A DNA stretch of 64,000 nucleotides from Octopus sinensis. Taxonomy: Eukaryota. Position 1 is the first letter of the stretch, and every line of letters begins with the position of its first letter. Where the stretch lies: the NCBI RefSeq assembly GCF_006345805.1, contig NC_043014.1:21514001-21578000 (forward strand), in the 5' to 3' direction. Shown here piece by piece: positions 12,436 through 23,759 of this stretch. Position numbers and translations under genes: made by a program. Below the pieces are notes generated by a model that was not told the DNA's origin, did not search any database, and saw only the letters and a list, made by a program, of their open reading frames with translations.

Positions 12436-12994
12436 TTTGTATATAAGTTTTCGTACCCATACAAATTTACATTAGTAAATTCAAAAGTAAAGTATGAAGA
12501 AACGCAGTTAGAAATCCTTGGAAATTACTCCAATTAAAGGACGAAATCACATTCATTCAATATATATATATATTGGACGTGTAGTATGTGTGCATCCTCA
12601 ACAGAGTGTAAATACCTTAAGAGAAAAGTTGGACCTAAGAAGCATCAGATGTGGTGTGCAAAAGAGATAACTGTGCTGGTATGGTCATGTGGCAAGATTG
12701 GATGGGGATAGCTGATGAGTGACTATATTTATATTGAAGTGATTTCTCTACTACTATAATCATTTCTTAAATATAGCCACAAAACATGTGTCGTTATTCT
12801 ACAAATCATATACGTTTTTATTATTATTTTTTTGCAATTTATTTAACCATTGACATTTTATTGTTATTTTAATTTTAATATTTCTATTATATGTAATTTT
12901 GTAAATGGTGTAATTTAATTTATTTAATTGTTCATTTTGAATTGATAAATGGTGGTTTTTTTCTAATTATATATATATATATATATATAATATA

Positions 12995-14260
12995 AAAAAT
13001 CAAACCAAATCAAAGTAGATGAATATCAATGGAATTTGTATCTTTGTGGTTCCAGTACCGGTGGCACACAAGAAAACCATCCGAAGTGGCCGTAGCTGGT
13101 ACCGCATCGACTGGCCTCCGTGCTGTGGGCACAACAAACACCATCTGATCGTGGCCGTTCGCCAGCCTCACCTGGCACCTGTGTCGGTGGCACATAAAAA
13201 CACCATCCAAAGACCCGGCGACGTAGTCAGTCCACCTGTGCATACCTTCCCTCTTATGACACTTGTGAAGACCTGTTGAGGCAGAGGCAAGTGTGTGACA
13301 CTTGTGAAGACCTGTTGAGGCAGAGGCAAGTGTGTGACACTTGTGGAGACCTGTTGAGGCAAGTGTGTGACACGCGTGACACTTGTGAAGACCTGTTGAG
13401 GCAAGTGAAAATCAAACCAAATCAAAATAGATGAACATCAATGGAATTTGTATCTTTGTGGTTCCAGTACCGGTGGCACACAAGAAAACCATCCGATCGT
13501 GGCCGTTCGCCAGCCACATCTGGCACCTGTGTCGGTGGCACATAAAGACACCATCCGAAGACCCGGCGACGTAGACAGTCCACCTGTGCATACCTTCCTT
13601 CTTGTGACACTTGTGAAGACCTGTTGAGGCAAGTGACACTTGTGAAGACCTGTTGAGGCAAGTGAAAATCAAATCAAATCAAAACAAATCAAAATAGATG
13701 AGCATAAATGGAATTTGTATCTTTGTGGTACCAGTGCCGGTGGCACACAAGAAAATCATCCGAACGTGGCCGTAGCCAGTACCGCATAGACTGGCCTCCG
13801 TGCTTTGGGGACGTAACAAACACCATCCGATCGTGGCCGTCCGCCAGCCTCATCTGGCACCTGTGTCGGTGGCACATAAAAACACCATCCGAGCGTGGCC
13901 GTCTGCCAGCCTCGTCTGGCACCTGCCAGCCTCATCTGGCACCTGTGTCGGTGGCACATAAAAACACCATCCGAGCGTGGCCGTCTGCCAGCCTCGTCTG
14001 GCACCTGTGTCGGTGGCACATAAAAACACCATCCGAGCGTGGCCGTTCGCCAGCCTCGTCTGGCACCTGTGTCGGTGGCACATAAAATCACCCACTACAC
14101 TCTCGGAGTGGTTGGCGTTAGGAAGGGCATCCAGCTGTAGAAACACTGCCAGATCTGACTGGCCTGGTGCAGCCTTCGGGCTCCCCAGACCCCAGTTGAA
14201 CCGTCCAACCCATGCTAGCATGGAAAACGGACGCTAAATGATGATGATGATGATGATGAT
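12995..14260 (+). repeat. Tandemly expanded RTE-LINE 3' UTR-type repeat ending in (GAT)n
   Basis: Three blocks starting AAATCAAACCAAATCAAA(G/A)TAGATG at ~12998, ~13408 and ~13665, then ~62-bp subunits, then the same terminal ~160 bp found downstream of RTE ORFs at 22080-22270 and 50060-50223. Confidence 0.8.
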
Positions 14261-14264
14261 ATAT

Positions 14265-14306
<42 letters not shown>

Positions 14307-14309
<3 letters not shown>

Positions 14310-14790
14310 TCATCATCATCATCGTTGTTTAGCGCCCGTTTTCCATGCTAGCATGGGTTGGACGGTTCTACTGGGGTCTGTGAAGCCAGAAGGCTTCATC
14401 AGGCCCAGTCTAATCTGGCAGTGTTTCTACGGCTGGATGCCCTTCCTAACGCCAACCACTCCGTGAGTATAGTGGGTGCTTTTTACGTGCCACCCGCACA
14501 GGTGCCAGACAGAGCTGGCAAACGGCCACGAACGGATGGTGCTTTTCATGTGCCACCGGCACGAGGGACAGGCGAGGCTGGCAACGGACACGAAACGGGG
14601 CGGTGCTGGCAACGGTCGCGAAACGGAAGGTTCTCTTACATGCCACCGGCACTGGTAACACATCTTCAATTTCCATTGATCGATTTCCATTCTGATCCTC
14701 ACTTGCCTCAACGGGTCTTCACAAGTAGAGTTTCGACATGCCACCGGCACTGGTAACACATCTGCAATTTCCATTGATCGATTTCGATTC
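14307..14790 (-). repeat. Inverted copy of the same RTE 3' UTR-type repeat
   Basis: Begins (CAT)n on the + strand; tail-to-tail with the 12995-14260 copy across an (AT)n tract. Confidence 0.8.
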
Positions 14791-14820
14791 TGATATATAT
14801 ATGTATATATATATATATAT

Positions 14821-14890
<70 letters not shown>

Positions 14891-14927
14891 GTATATATAT
14901 ATATATATATATAATATATATATATAT

Positions 14928-14980
<53 letters not shown>

Positions 14981-15084
14981 TATGTATATATAATTGTCAC
15001 TAAATAGGATTAGGATGTTAGAACACCCACATTGCTAGAAATAAGAGCTAAAAAGCTCTAATGCTGTAGTTAAAACATACTTCT

Positions 15085-15195
15085 ATACATATGTACTGAA
15101 AGAAACTGTAATCACCCAAAAGCATCAGTCGAGAATTTCCTATACTGATCTGTCTGTTTCGGCTAATTCTGTAGCCTCATCAGGTACATATGTAT
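15085..15195 (-). ncRNA. Type I hammerhead ribozyme motif with extended stem III (copy A)
   Basis: ATACATATGTAC-CTGATGA-[GGCTA cagaat TAGCC]-GAAA-CAG...long stem III...CTTTC-A-GTACATATGTAT: perfect core, G-C-closed stem II, 12-bp stem I. G16.2 is mutated to T. Confidence 0.75.
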
Positions 15196-15424
15196 ACAAT
15201 TATGTCCTTTAACAACTAGACCTCTTTATCTCTTATTTCTAGTAATGTAGGTGTTCTAACAGCCTAGTCATATTTAGTGACAATTATAGTTTTCCTTTTT
15301 GGTGTAACAATGCACACTGCTGTCTCTATTAATTTTCTATATACACATTAGCGATTTGCTAAATCATCCATAGATTTTTATGGTGAATACATATATACTA
15401 ACAAGTCTGGAATCAGCTGAGTCA

Positions 15425-15532
15425 AGCATCCCTAGTGATGAGGTTATGGAATTAGCCAAAACTGACTGATCAGTATAAGGAATTCTCGACTGGTGCTTTC
15501 AGGTGATTACAGTCCCTGTCAGTACATATGTA
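15425..15532 (+). ncRNA. Mutated hammerhead motif (copy B)
   Basis: GTGATGA-[GGTTA tggaat TAGCC]-AAAA-CTG...CAGTCCCTGTC-A-GTACATATGTAT. Core is mutated, but the GTC cleavage triplet is retained. Confidence 0.6.
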
Positions 15533-15643
15533 TGCAAGTATGTGCTTTAACTACAACATTAGAGCTATTTAGCTTTTATTTCTAGCACACTAGTCATATT
15601 TAGTGACAGTTATAGTTTTCCTTTTTGGTAAAACATTACACAT

Positions 15644-15786
15644 GGCTGTGTGGTAAGAAGCTTGCTTCCCAACCACATGGTTCTAGGTTCAGTCCCATTG
15701 CATAGCACATTGGGCAAGTGTTCACTATATCCTTGGGCCAACCAAAACCTTGTGAGTAGATTTGGTAGACAGAAACTCAAAGAAGT

Positions 15787-15825
<39 letters not shown>

Positions 15826-16030
15826 TTGCGTGTCTGTGTTTGTCCCCTCACCATCACTTGACAACCCATGTTGGTGTATTTGTGTCCCCGTAACTTAGCG
15901 GTTTGGCAAAGGAGACTGATAGAATAAGTACTAGGCTTACAAAGAATAAGTCTTGGGGTTGATTTGTTTGACTAAAGGTGGTGCTCCAGCATGGCCACAG
16001 TCAAATGACTGAAACAAATGAAAGAAAGAA
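15644..16030 (+). mobile_element. tRNA-related SINE (GGCTGTGTGGTAAGAAGCTTGCTTCCCAACC family)
   Basis: Recurrent ~390-bp repeat with a GGTTCAGTCCC B-box-like motif. Copies at ~27520-27890 (-), ~31944-32350 (-), ~36300-36600 (+) and ~60994-61410 (+). Confidence 0.8.
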
Positions 16031-16069
16031 TATGCATATGCAATTTTGTCACATCCTGTGATGCATCTG

Positions 16070-16692
16070 TGTGCGTCCATGCTGCCAACAAAGCACGCGA
16101 AATTCTGTTCTTGATTCGACGGTCATTCGGAATGCTCACAGCAGCCATATTCCTACCACTCTATGTCGCGCTGGTGAGACCCATATTGGAGTATGGGATT
16201 CAAGCCTCTTCTCCTTATCTCCTCAAAGACATACAGCATCTCCAAAGAGTCCAGAAGCTGGCTACCCGCATGGTTCATGGTCTCAAAAATTTGTCCTATG
16301 AAGAAAGGCTGAGGACGCTCGACCTTTATTCTCTTGAAAAACGCCGCCACCGTGGTGATCTCATTCTCGCCCACAACATCATAAGCGGAAAGTGTAACCT
16401 CTCGAAAGAGCTGTTCTTCACTCCTGCTCCAGAGCGTGGGGTCATTCCGAAAAGCTCTACCTGCGACGATTTCATCTCAATCGAAGGAGAGGAGCTTTCT
16501 CCGTCCGGGTTGCAGATCCGTGGAACAAGCTGCCAACGAGATGGTGAAGATGCTGACGACCGCTTTGTTCAAAGCCTCCCTTGACCTCAAGTGGCCTGAG
16601 CTCTTTACATGAACACCACCCTGTACTTAACTCCATGTCCCCCTACATGGCCTTGCTATTTGCTTTTGAGCCAAATTAACTAACTAACTAAC
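16070..16692 (+). mobile_element. CR1-clade LINE, 5'-truncated 3' end
   Basis: LYVALVRPILEYG...KDIQHLQRVQKLATRMVHGLKNLSYEERLRTLDLYSLEKRRHRGDLI, with a (TAAC)n tail at ~16676-16692. Confidence 0.92.
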
Positions 16693-16959
16693 TATCTGGA
16701 CACGTCATCAGCAATGTTCTTGCAACTATGAGGTGTTTTGGGTCTTGCAACATTAAAAGCCTTCATCCAAGTGACCCACCTGGAGTTGGTCAGTCCTAAG
16801 CTTGCGACCAGTTAGCAGTACCTTTAATAGCACTGCCCATTCCAAATGTCGTACATCATGACCCATGGCTATCTGTAGGCAAAACACATTACCTCCACAG
16901 CCAGCCTTATGGTCTTCTGCCACATATAGATTGATAGGTAGATATATAGACAGATTGAT

Positions 16960-17300
16960 AAATACATACATGACTTGGGATAGAGAAGAGAAACTGCACA
17001 GTTGTGGAAATTAGCAACCCAGCAGATGTTAACATAAAGCTGAAGATCAGTGAAAAAGAGAACACCTATGCAGAACTATTGAGAAATCTGCAGTTACTCT
17101 ATCCAGATAACAAGTTCAGGTTTATACCTGTAATTATCAGGGCCCTGGGATATGTAACACACTGCCTAAATATTAATCTTGAGAAATTAGGCTTCTCTAA
17201 ATTAGAAGGGAGAAAGCTAATTCGAAGACTACAAGTCCAATCCATCGCTGGAACTGTAAAAATCTGTAAAACTTTCCAGAAGTTTATCATTTAAATATAT
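16960..17300 (+). mobile_element. Non-LTR retrotransposon restriction-like endonuclease (R4/NeSL-type) fragment
   Basis: TWDREEKLCTVVEISNPADVNIKLKISEKENTYAELL...FIPVIIRALGYV matches the RLE D/ExK...K..Y pattern and the PVIIGALG motif. Confidence 0.8.
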
Positions 17301-17619
17301 ATGAGCATGTCTAGATATGTAACTAGATATGCATGAGAATACATACAAAAACATACAAATCTGCACATACATACATGTACATGCATACATACATACATAC
17401 ATACATACATACATACATACATACATACATACATACATACTCACCGGTAAAATTTCCACGTTTTTCTTATTTAAAAAATTTTTTTTTCAATTTTTTATTT
17501 TTATTTTTATTTTTAATCTTGCAAACCAAATCCAAAAACGAAATATATATGTAAATTAATTAATACAAACATCTAGGTGCAATATAATACAATAAAGGAA
17601 AACTTTTATCATTACCAAT

Positions 17620-17830
17620 TGTAACTGAGAATGCTGAAGCTCCTATATTGCAAGAAATAAGAGTTAAAAACTCTCAATATTGTAAGAAGTGTGCATTATA
17701 TACACACTGACATGGGAGATAATCACCCCATGAGCGTCTCTAGGACCAATAGACTAAACTAGTTTTGCCTATCAGCCATAGGCTCTGTTTTGCAATATAG
17801 TGCTTTGGCATCATCAGTCACAATTAGTGA
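17620..17830 (-). repeat. Degenerate relative of the 14996-15630 hammerhead element
   Basis: Shares the AGAAATAAGAG(C/T)TAAAAA tail and TAATCACCC. - strand shows CTGATGA (17817-17811), AAAACAG and TGTCAGT. Confidence 0.45.
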
Positions 17831-18310
17831 CAATGAAATTTTTCCTTTATGGTATTTTTTACGTGCCACCTGCACAGGATCCACCAGCAGATGTGCCAGT
17901 AAGGCGACGCTGGTAACAGGCATGCTCAAATAGTGCTTTTTACATGCCACCGGCACGGGAGCCAGTCGGCTGCTCGGGCAACAATCACGCTCAGATGGTA
18001 CTTCAGTAACATGAATGCCAGTCATCGAATTTGATTTTGATTTCGATTTCACTTGCCTCAACAGGTCTTTGCAAGCAGAGTTTAGTGTCCAATGAAGGAA
18101 AGGTATGCATAAGTGGGCTGGTTACATCACTGGCATAGGCCACCAGTTATGGTCTCATTTGGCTTGCTGGGTCTTCTCAAGCACAGCATATTTCTAAAAG
18201 TCTCGATCACTAGTCATTGCCTCGGTGAGGCCTAATGTTCGAAGGTCGTACTTCACCACCTCATCCCAGGTCTTCCTGGGTCTACCTCTTTCACAGTTTC
18301 CCTCAACTGC

Positions 18311-18397
18311 TATATTGTGTGAAATTTGCTTTAGTATTTCTAAATTGAATTTTTTCCTTGTAGGTTGGATTTTATTCCCTCAAAAATAATAATTATA

Positions 18398-18439
<42 letters not shown>

Positions 18440-18442
18440 TAT

Positions 18443-18518
<76 letters not shown>

Positions 18519-18935
18519 ATATATATATAAGCATAGTGTTACTGATTTTAACCCACGCTGGTGGAAAGGGGAGAGCAGAAATTCTTCGCTTGCATTTTGG
18601 GTTTGTTGGCACTGTTAGTTACGAGCAGATCTTCGGAAGCGAGAGGAAGCCGAAAGGGTATGCTCCCACTTTCAGTGTTTTCAAATCCAAACCAGGGAGT
18701 TCTGAGCTGATGATAGAAATGTCGTGTTGACTAATCTTGAAACGTACGTTCTCAAATAACCTTTGCACTTGATTTTTTAATGTCTCTACCCCCATATTTG
18801 CGTGAGTTGAATTGAGCAAACACTATATGAGAGAGTTTTTCTTTAAGTATTAGAAATAGTTTTAAAAAGTTTTTTTAGCTGCTATTTCTAATGAGTTCAG
18901 TATGCGGCAAAGTAATTTATTTTACTAAGCCCTTT

Positions 18936-19018
<83 letters not shown>

Positions 19019-19102
19019 ATTATTATTTGAGGGAATAAAATCCAACCTACAAGGAAAAAAATTCAATTTAGAAATGCTAAAGCAAATTTCACACAAAATA
19101 TA
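18311..19102. mobile_element. Element with ~85-bp terminal inverted repeats enclosing (TA)n tracts and a 400-bp core
   Basis: 18311-18395 is the reverse complement of ~19015-19102 (GTAGGTTGGATTTTATTCCCTCAAA / TTTGAGGGAATAAAATCCAACCTAC). Confidence 0.8.
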
Positions 19103-20214
19103 TAATTATCATCATATATATAATTATCATCATCATCATCATCATTTAACACCCGGCGTCCATGCTGGCATGGGTCGGACAGTTTAACCAGGGCTGGTAA
19201 GCCGAGGGGCTGCACCAGATTCTAGTCTGATTTGGCATGGTTTCTACAGCTGGATGCCCTTCCTAATGCCAATCACTCTGATAGAGTAATGGATGCTTCT
19301 ATATGTCACATGCATGATTGCCAGTTGCATGACACCAGTATCTACGGTGACTATGATTTCCTTCAGTTTGATGGATCTTCCTACTCAAGCACTGCATATT
19401 GCCGATGGTCCCAGTCATTTGTCATGGCCTCCGTGAGGCCCAATCACTCGAAGGGTACTTTTTACGTACCACCAGCACAGTTGCTAGTTCTGCAACACTT
19501 ACAGCTGTCACATTGCCTCTGTGAGGCCCAACACTCAAAAGGTGCTTTTTACATGCCACCAGCATGGGTGCCTGCTAAGTGACACCAACAATGGCCACAA
19601 CTACGATTTCACTTGGCTTGATAGGTCTTCGCAAGCACAGCATATCGCCAAATGACTTGGTCGCTAGTCATTGCTTCCATGAGGCAGTCATTGCTTCCAT
19701 GTGTGTGTGTGTGCGTGTGTTGAAATATGTACAACTATCAACTGAGAAAAACATATACATAAATATATGCCCATATATATAAACACACATATATATATTC
19801 ATAGATATGCTCATGAACATATGTATATATGTATCAAGGTAGATAGGTAGGTAGGTAGGTAGGTAGGTAGGTAGGTAGGTAGGTAGGTAGGTAGGTAGGT
19901 AGGTAGGTAGGTAGGTAGGTAGACAGGCAGGTACACCATAAAAACGAACACTTAACCAATATACCTGGATGAATTTATATGAAGTCAATTACACAAAAAT
20001 GATGTTTGTTTAAATTTCTATAACTGTATATCTAATTGATACCTTCTGAACTAAACATTTATTAATGTACACTTTCACTTCCACAAATAAACAACATTCG
20101 CATTGGTAAACAATTTTGTCTTTTATCTTCACCAGCTTACAATTAACTATATTATTTTTATACAGATTGATTCTCAGATTTTAGCACATTTGTTTTCTCC
20201 ATACACGTGTGTGC

Positions 20215-20250
<36 letters not shown>

Positions 20251-20618
20251 TTATCTTATCTCTGATTTTGATGCCTATCTGATGCCAGTCTGTCTGGTTA
20301 TCACAAACTGCTAGCGTTCTTTTTATGAGGTATTTATTTATGTAAGTCTGCCTAACTTTATCTCTCTATTTAATGCACATGATGACAATTTGTATGTATG
20401 TGTGCATGTGTGTACACACACACACATATATATCATACATATACATATATATATATATATGTGTTTACATATATATATACATATATATATATGTATATAT
20501 ATATATACATATATATGTATATATATGTGTATGTGTGTGTGTGTGTGTGTGTGTGTATGAGTCCGCTGCCCTAACCACTAGGCCATTGCACCTCCACATA
20601 TATATATCTATAAATAAG

Positions 20619-20652
<34 letters not shown>

Positions 20653-20682
20653 AACATATATATACATACATACATACATATA

Positions 20683-20713
<31 letters not shown>

Positions 20714-21104
20714 GGAGGCACAATGCCCCAGACCGAGTGTTGTGAGTGCTTATTGAGCAAAAAAACCTAAAGCTCCTGAAGGCTCCTGCAGGGGAGGGGC
20801 GAACCCTGCTGTACTCTTTCACCACAACTTTCTGACACTCTTTCTTCCTGTTTCTGTTGTACCTGTATTTTGAAGGGCCAGCCTTGTCACACTTTGTGTC
20901 ATGCTGAATCTCCCCGAGAACTACATGAAGAGTACACATGTCTATGGAATGCGCAGCCACTTGCACATTAATACGTTAATTTCCCGAGCTGGCTGGAACC
21001 CTCATTGTCATAACCAACAGAGTGCCATGAAATGTGTGTGTGTGTGTGTGTGTGTGTGTATACATATATATATATATATATTATATATATATATATATAT
21101 AAGA

Positions 21105-22270
21105 TATACCTAGTGTAAGCTATAGACACATAAGAGGTGCAGCAGCATCAAAGGAAGATTAACAGGGAAGATAGCTTTCATGTGCAGCAGATGCACAGGG
21201 GCAATAAACACCACAGATGCTCATAAAACTGATTCCATCACATGCCAGGGGGAGAAACTAGAAGTAGTTGATAGCTTCCACTACTTAGGTGACCAAGTCT
21301 GTAGTGGGGGTGGATCCTCAGAGAGTGTTACCACTAGAATAAGAATAGCCTGAGCAAAGTTCAGAAAGCTCCTACTCCTACTGGTGACAAAGGGCCTCTC
21401 ATTCAGAGTGAAAGGTAGATTGTATGATGCATGTGTGTGAACTGCTATGCAACATGGCAGTGAAACATGGGCTGTGACTGTTGAAGACATGCATAGGCTC
21501 GAAAGAAATGAAGCTAACATGATCCGCTGGATGTGTAATGTCAGTGTGTCCACACGACAGAGTGTAAGTGCCCTGAGAGAAATGTTGGACATAAGAAGCA
21601 TCAGATGTGGCATGCAATAGAGATGTTTGCGTTGGTATGGTCATGTACTACGGTTGGAAGAGGAGATCTGTGTGAAGAAGCGTCACTCCCAAATAGTGGA
21701 AGGAATCCTGGGTAGAGGGAGACCCAGGAAGACATGGGATGAGGTAGTGAAGCATGACCTTCAAACATTAGGCCTCACAGAGGCAATGACAAAAGACCAA
21801 GACCTCTAGAGATATGCTGTGACTGCAAATAAAGTGTGCTGTAACCTATACCAGTGCAACCTACACCACAGCAGTAACTTACATCAGGGTCGCATAACCA
21901 GCCAACTCAAAAGTACCTTGGATTGTAGGGTGACATTCTGTGCTTGAGGAGACTTATTGAGTCAAGTACATCAAAACCAAAATCAAATGGAAATTGTAGT
22001 TGTGATACCTGTGCCAGTGGCACATAATAAGCACCATCTGAACATGGCTGATGCCAGTGCTGCCTTGACTGGCTTCCATGCTGGTGGCACATAAAAAGCA
22101 CCCACTACACTCTTGGAGTGGTTGGCATTAGGAAGGGCATCCAGCTGTAGAAACAATGCCATATCAGACTGAAGCTTGGTGCAGCCTCTTGGCTTCCCAG
22201 ACTCCAGTCGAACCACCCAACCCATGCCACAATGGAAAATGAGTGTTAAACGATGATGATGATGATGATG
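21105..22270 (+). mobile_element. RTE LINE 3' fragment with 3' UTR and (GAT)n tail
   Basis: EKLEVVDSFHYLGD...LYDACV*TAMQHGSETW...RWYGHV...GRGRPRKTWDEVVKHDL, then UTR modules. Confidence 0.9.
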
Positions 22271-23759
22271 ATATATATATATATATTGTGAAGTATATTT
22301 GCCACCTAGATGTGGCTAACCCTTAAGGGTTGATGCTGCTGTACCTTGTAGCCCCAGGAAGACATCTCCTCCAGCTGGCTATTGACACATTATCTGTGCC
22401 CTATCAGTATTTGAAAAAGGAAGTCATCTTTCCCATCTCCAGCCTGACGTTTCTGGGTATTGACCCATCTTAAGCTTCTGACAACCACCAAATGGTGTTG
22501 GGAAGTGGTTCTCAATGCAAATATATATGGTTTTTCCAGTGACGAAAAGTCACTGATCTCGAAAAAGTGAAAACAAGCAATAATAAATCTCTATCATCAT
22601 TTTACATCCGTTATGCACGTTGGCATGAGTTAAATGGTTTGACTGAGCTCGCACACTGGAAAGCTGCACCAGACTACAGTCTGATTTGGCATTGTTTCCT
22701 ACAGTTGGATGCCCTTCCTAATGCCAACCTGTCTGAGAGTGTAATGAGTGCTTTTATGTGCCACTGGCATGAGTGCCATTTGCATGACACTGGGGTGCGT
22801 TTACATGCTACCAGTATGGGTGCCAATTTATGTGACACTGGTATCTGCCATGACTGCGAATTTGCTCGACTTGATGGGTCTTCTTCCCAAACACGACATA
22901 ATGCCAAAGGTCTTGGTCATTGCCTCCGTGAGGCCCAACACTTGAAAGGAACTCAGCCACCTTGCTTCTGTGAGGTCTAACACTCAAAAGGAACTCAGTC
23001 ACTTTGCCCCTGTGTGTGAGAAAAATGTTGTTGAAATGTCAGAGGTAATTTGCAATTCAGGTTCGAATCTACTCCATGCCCAAATGAAGTCACTACATAT
23101 ATATATCACGCCGTTTGCTTCACTATTGTTGATTGACAATTGCGATACACAGCTAAGCTAAGAATTTCTCTCATTTTTAATCACTTCATTCATTCAGTCA
23201 TTCATCTAACCCGTATTACTAACATACATTTATAACCTGTAGTTATTTAAGTTAATTCTTCAAGTGACTTTCAAATTGTAATTCCCTAAAACCGTAGTTT
23301 TCTCTCCCCGTTTCATAATGTTTTCATCGCTGTTCCCTAAAAATTCATAAGCAGTCTTGTTTTACTTATGTCTCTCCCATTCGTAGGCACTTGTTTTAAA
23401 CTGACCATTGCTTGTCTGCGATGCTTCCACCTATCCCCACACCTATACCGGAAATCTATTCTCAATACTGGAAACCCCTAGAGGGCTCTGCCTCACTTCT
23501 CTCCCAGAAGACTTGTATACCTCCATCCCCCTCCCTCTTCCCACCATCAACAATCGCTCTATGATATGTTACTTAGTAAATTATTAACAATTTAACAAAC
23601 CACCTACCTCTTTATATATATGATAGATTAACCAATAGTAGATCATTTATATAATTAATTTATACATTGACCTATTTATATTTGCAGCAGTAACACTTAT
23701 ATTTACAACACTACTCACCAATAATAGGGACAACAATTTTAACATGTTTGAATGATGGT

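Larger units (their letters stand above)
14996..15630. mobile_element. Hammerhead-containing non-coding element (retrozyme / PLE pLTR-like), partial tandem plus inverted copy
   Basis: Inverted copy at 14996-15200. Direct repeats of the tail CTAGTCATATTTAGTGACA start at 15264 and 15590. Hammerhead cores on both strands; no ORF. Confidence 0.75.

Noticed and set aside
13010-14756. Overlapping ORFs on both strands and a regularly spaced repeat that superficially resembles a CRISPR array
   Set aside because: The units are near-identical along their whole length with no unique spacers, there are no cas genes, and the context is eukaryotic. The sequence matches the RTE 3' UTR.
18625-18720. CTTCGGA-AGC...GCC-GAAA-GGG-TA and CTGATGA-TA-GAAA hammerhead look-alikes
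   Set aside because: The first has two core mismatches and no stem III; the second has no stem II.
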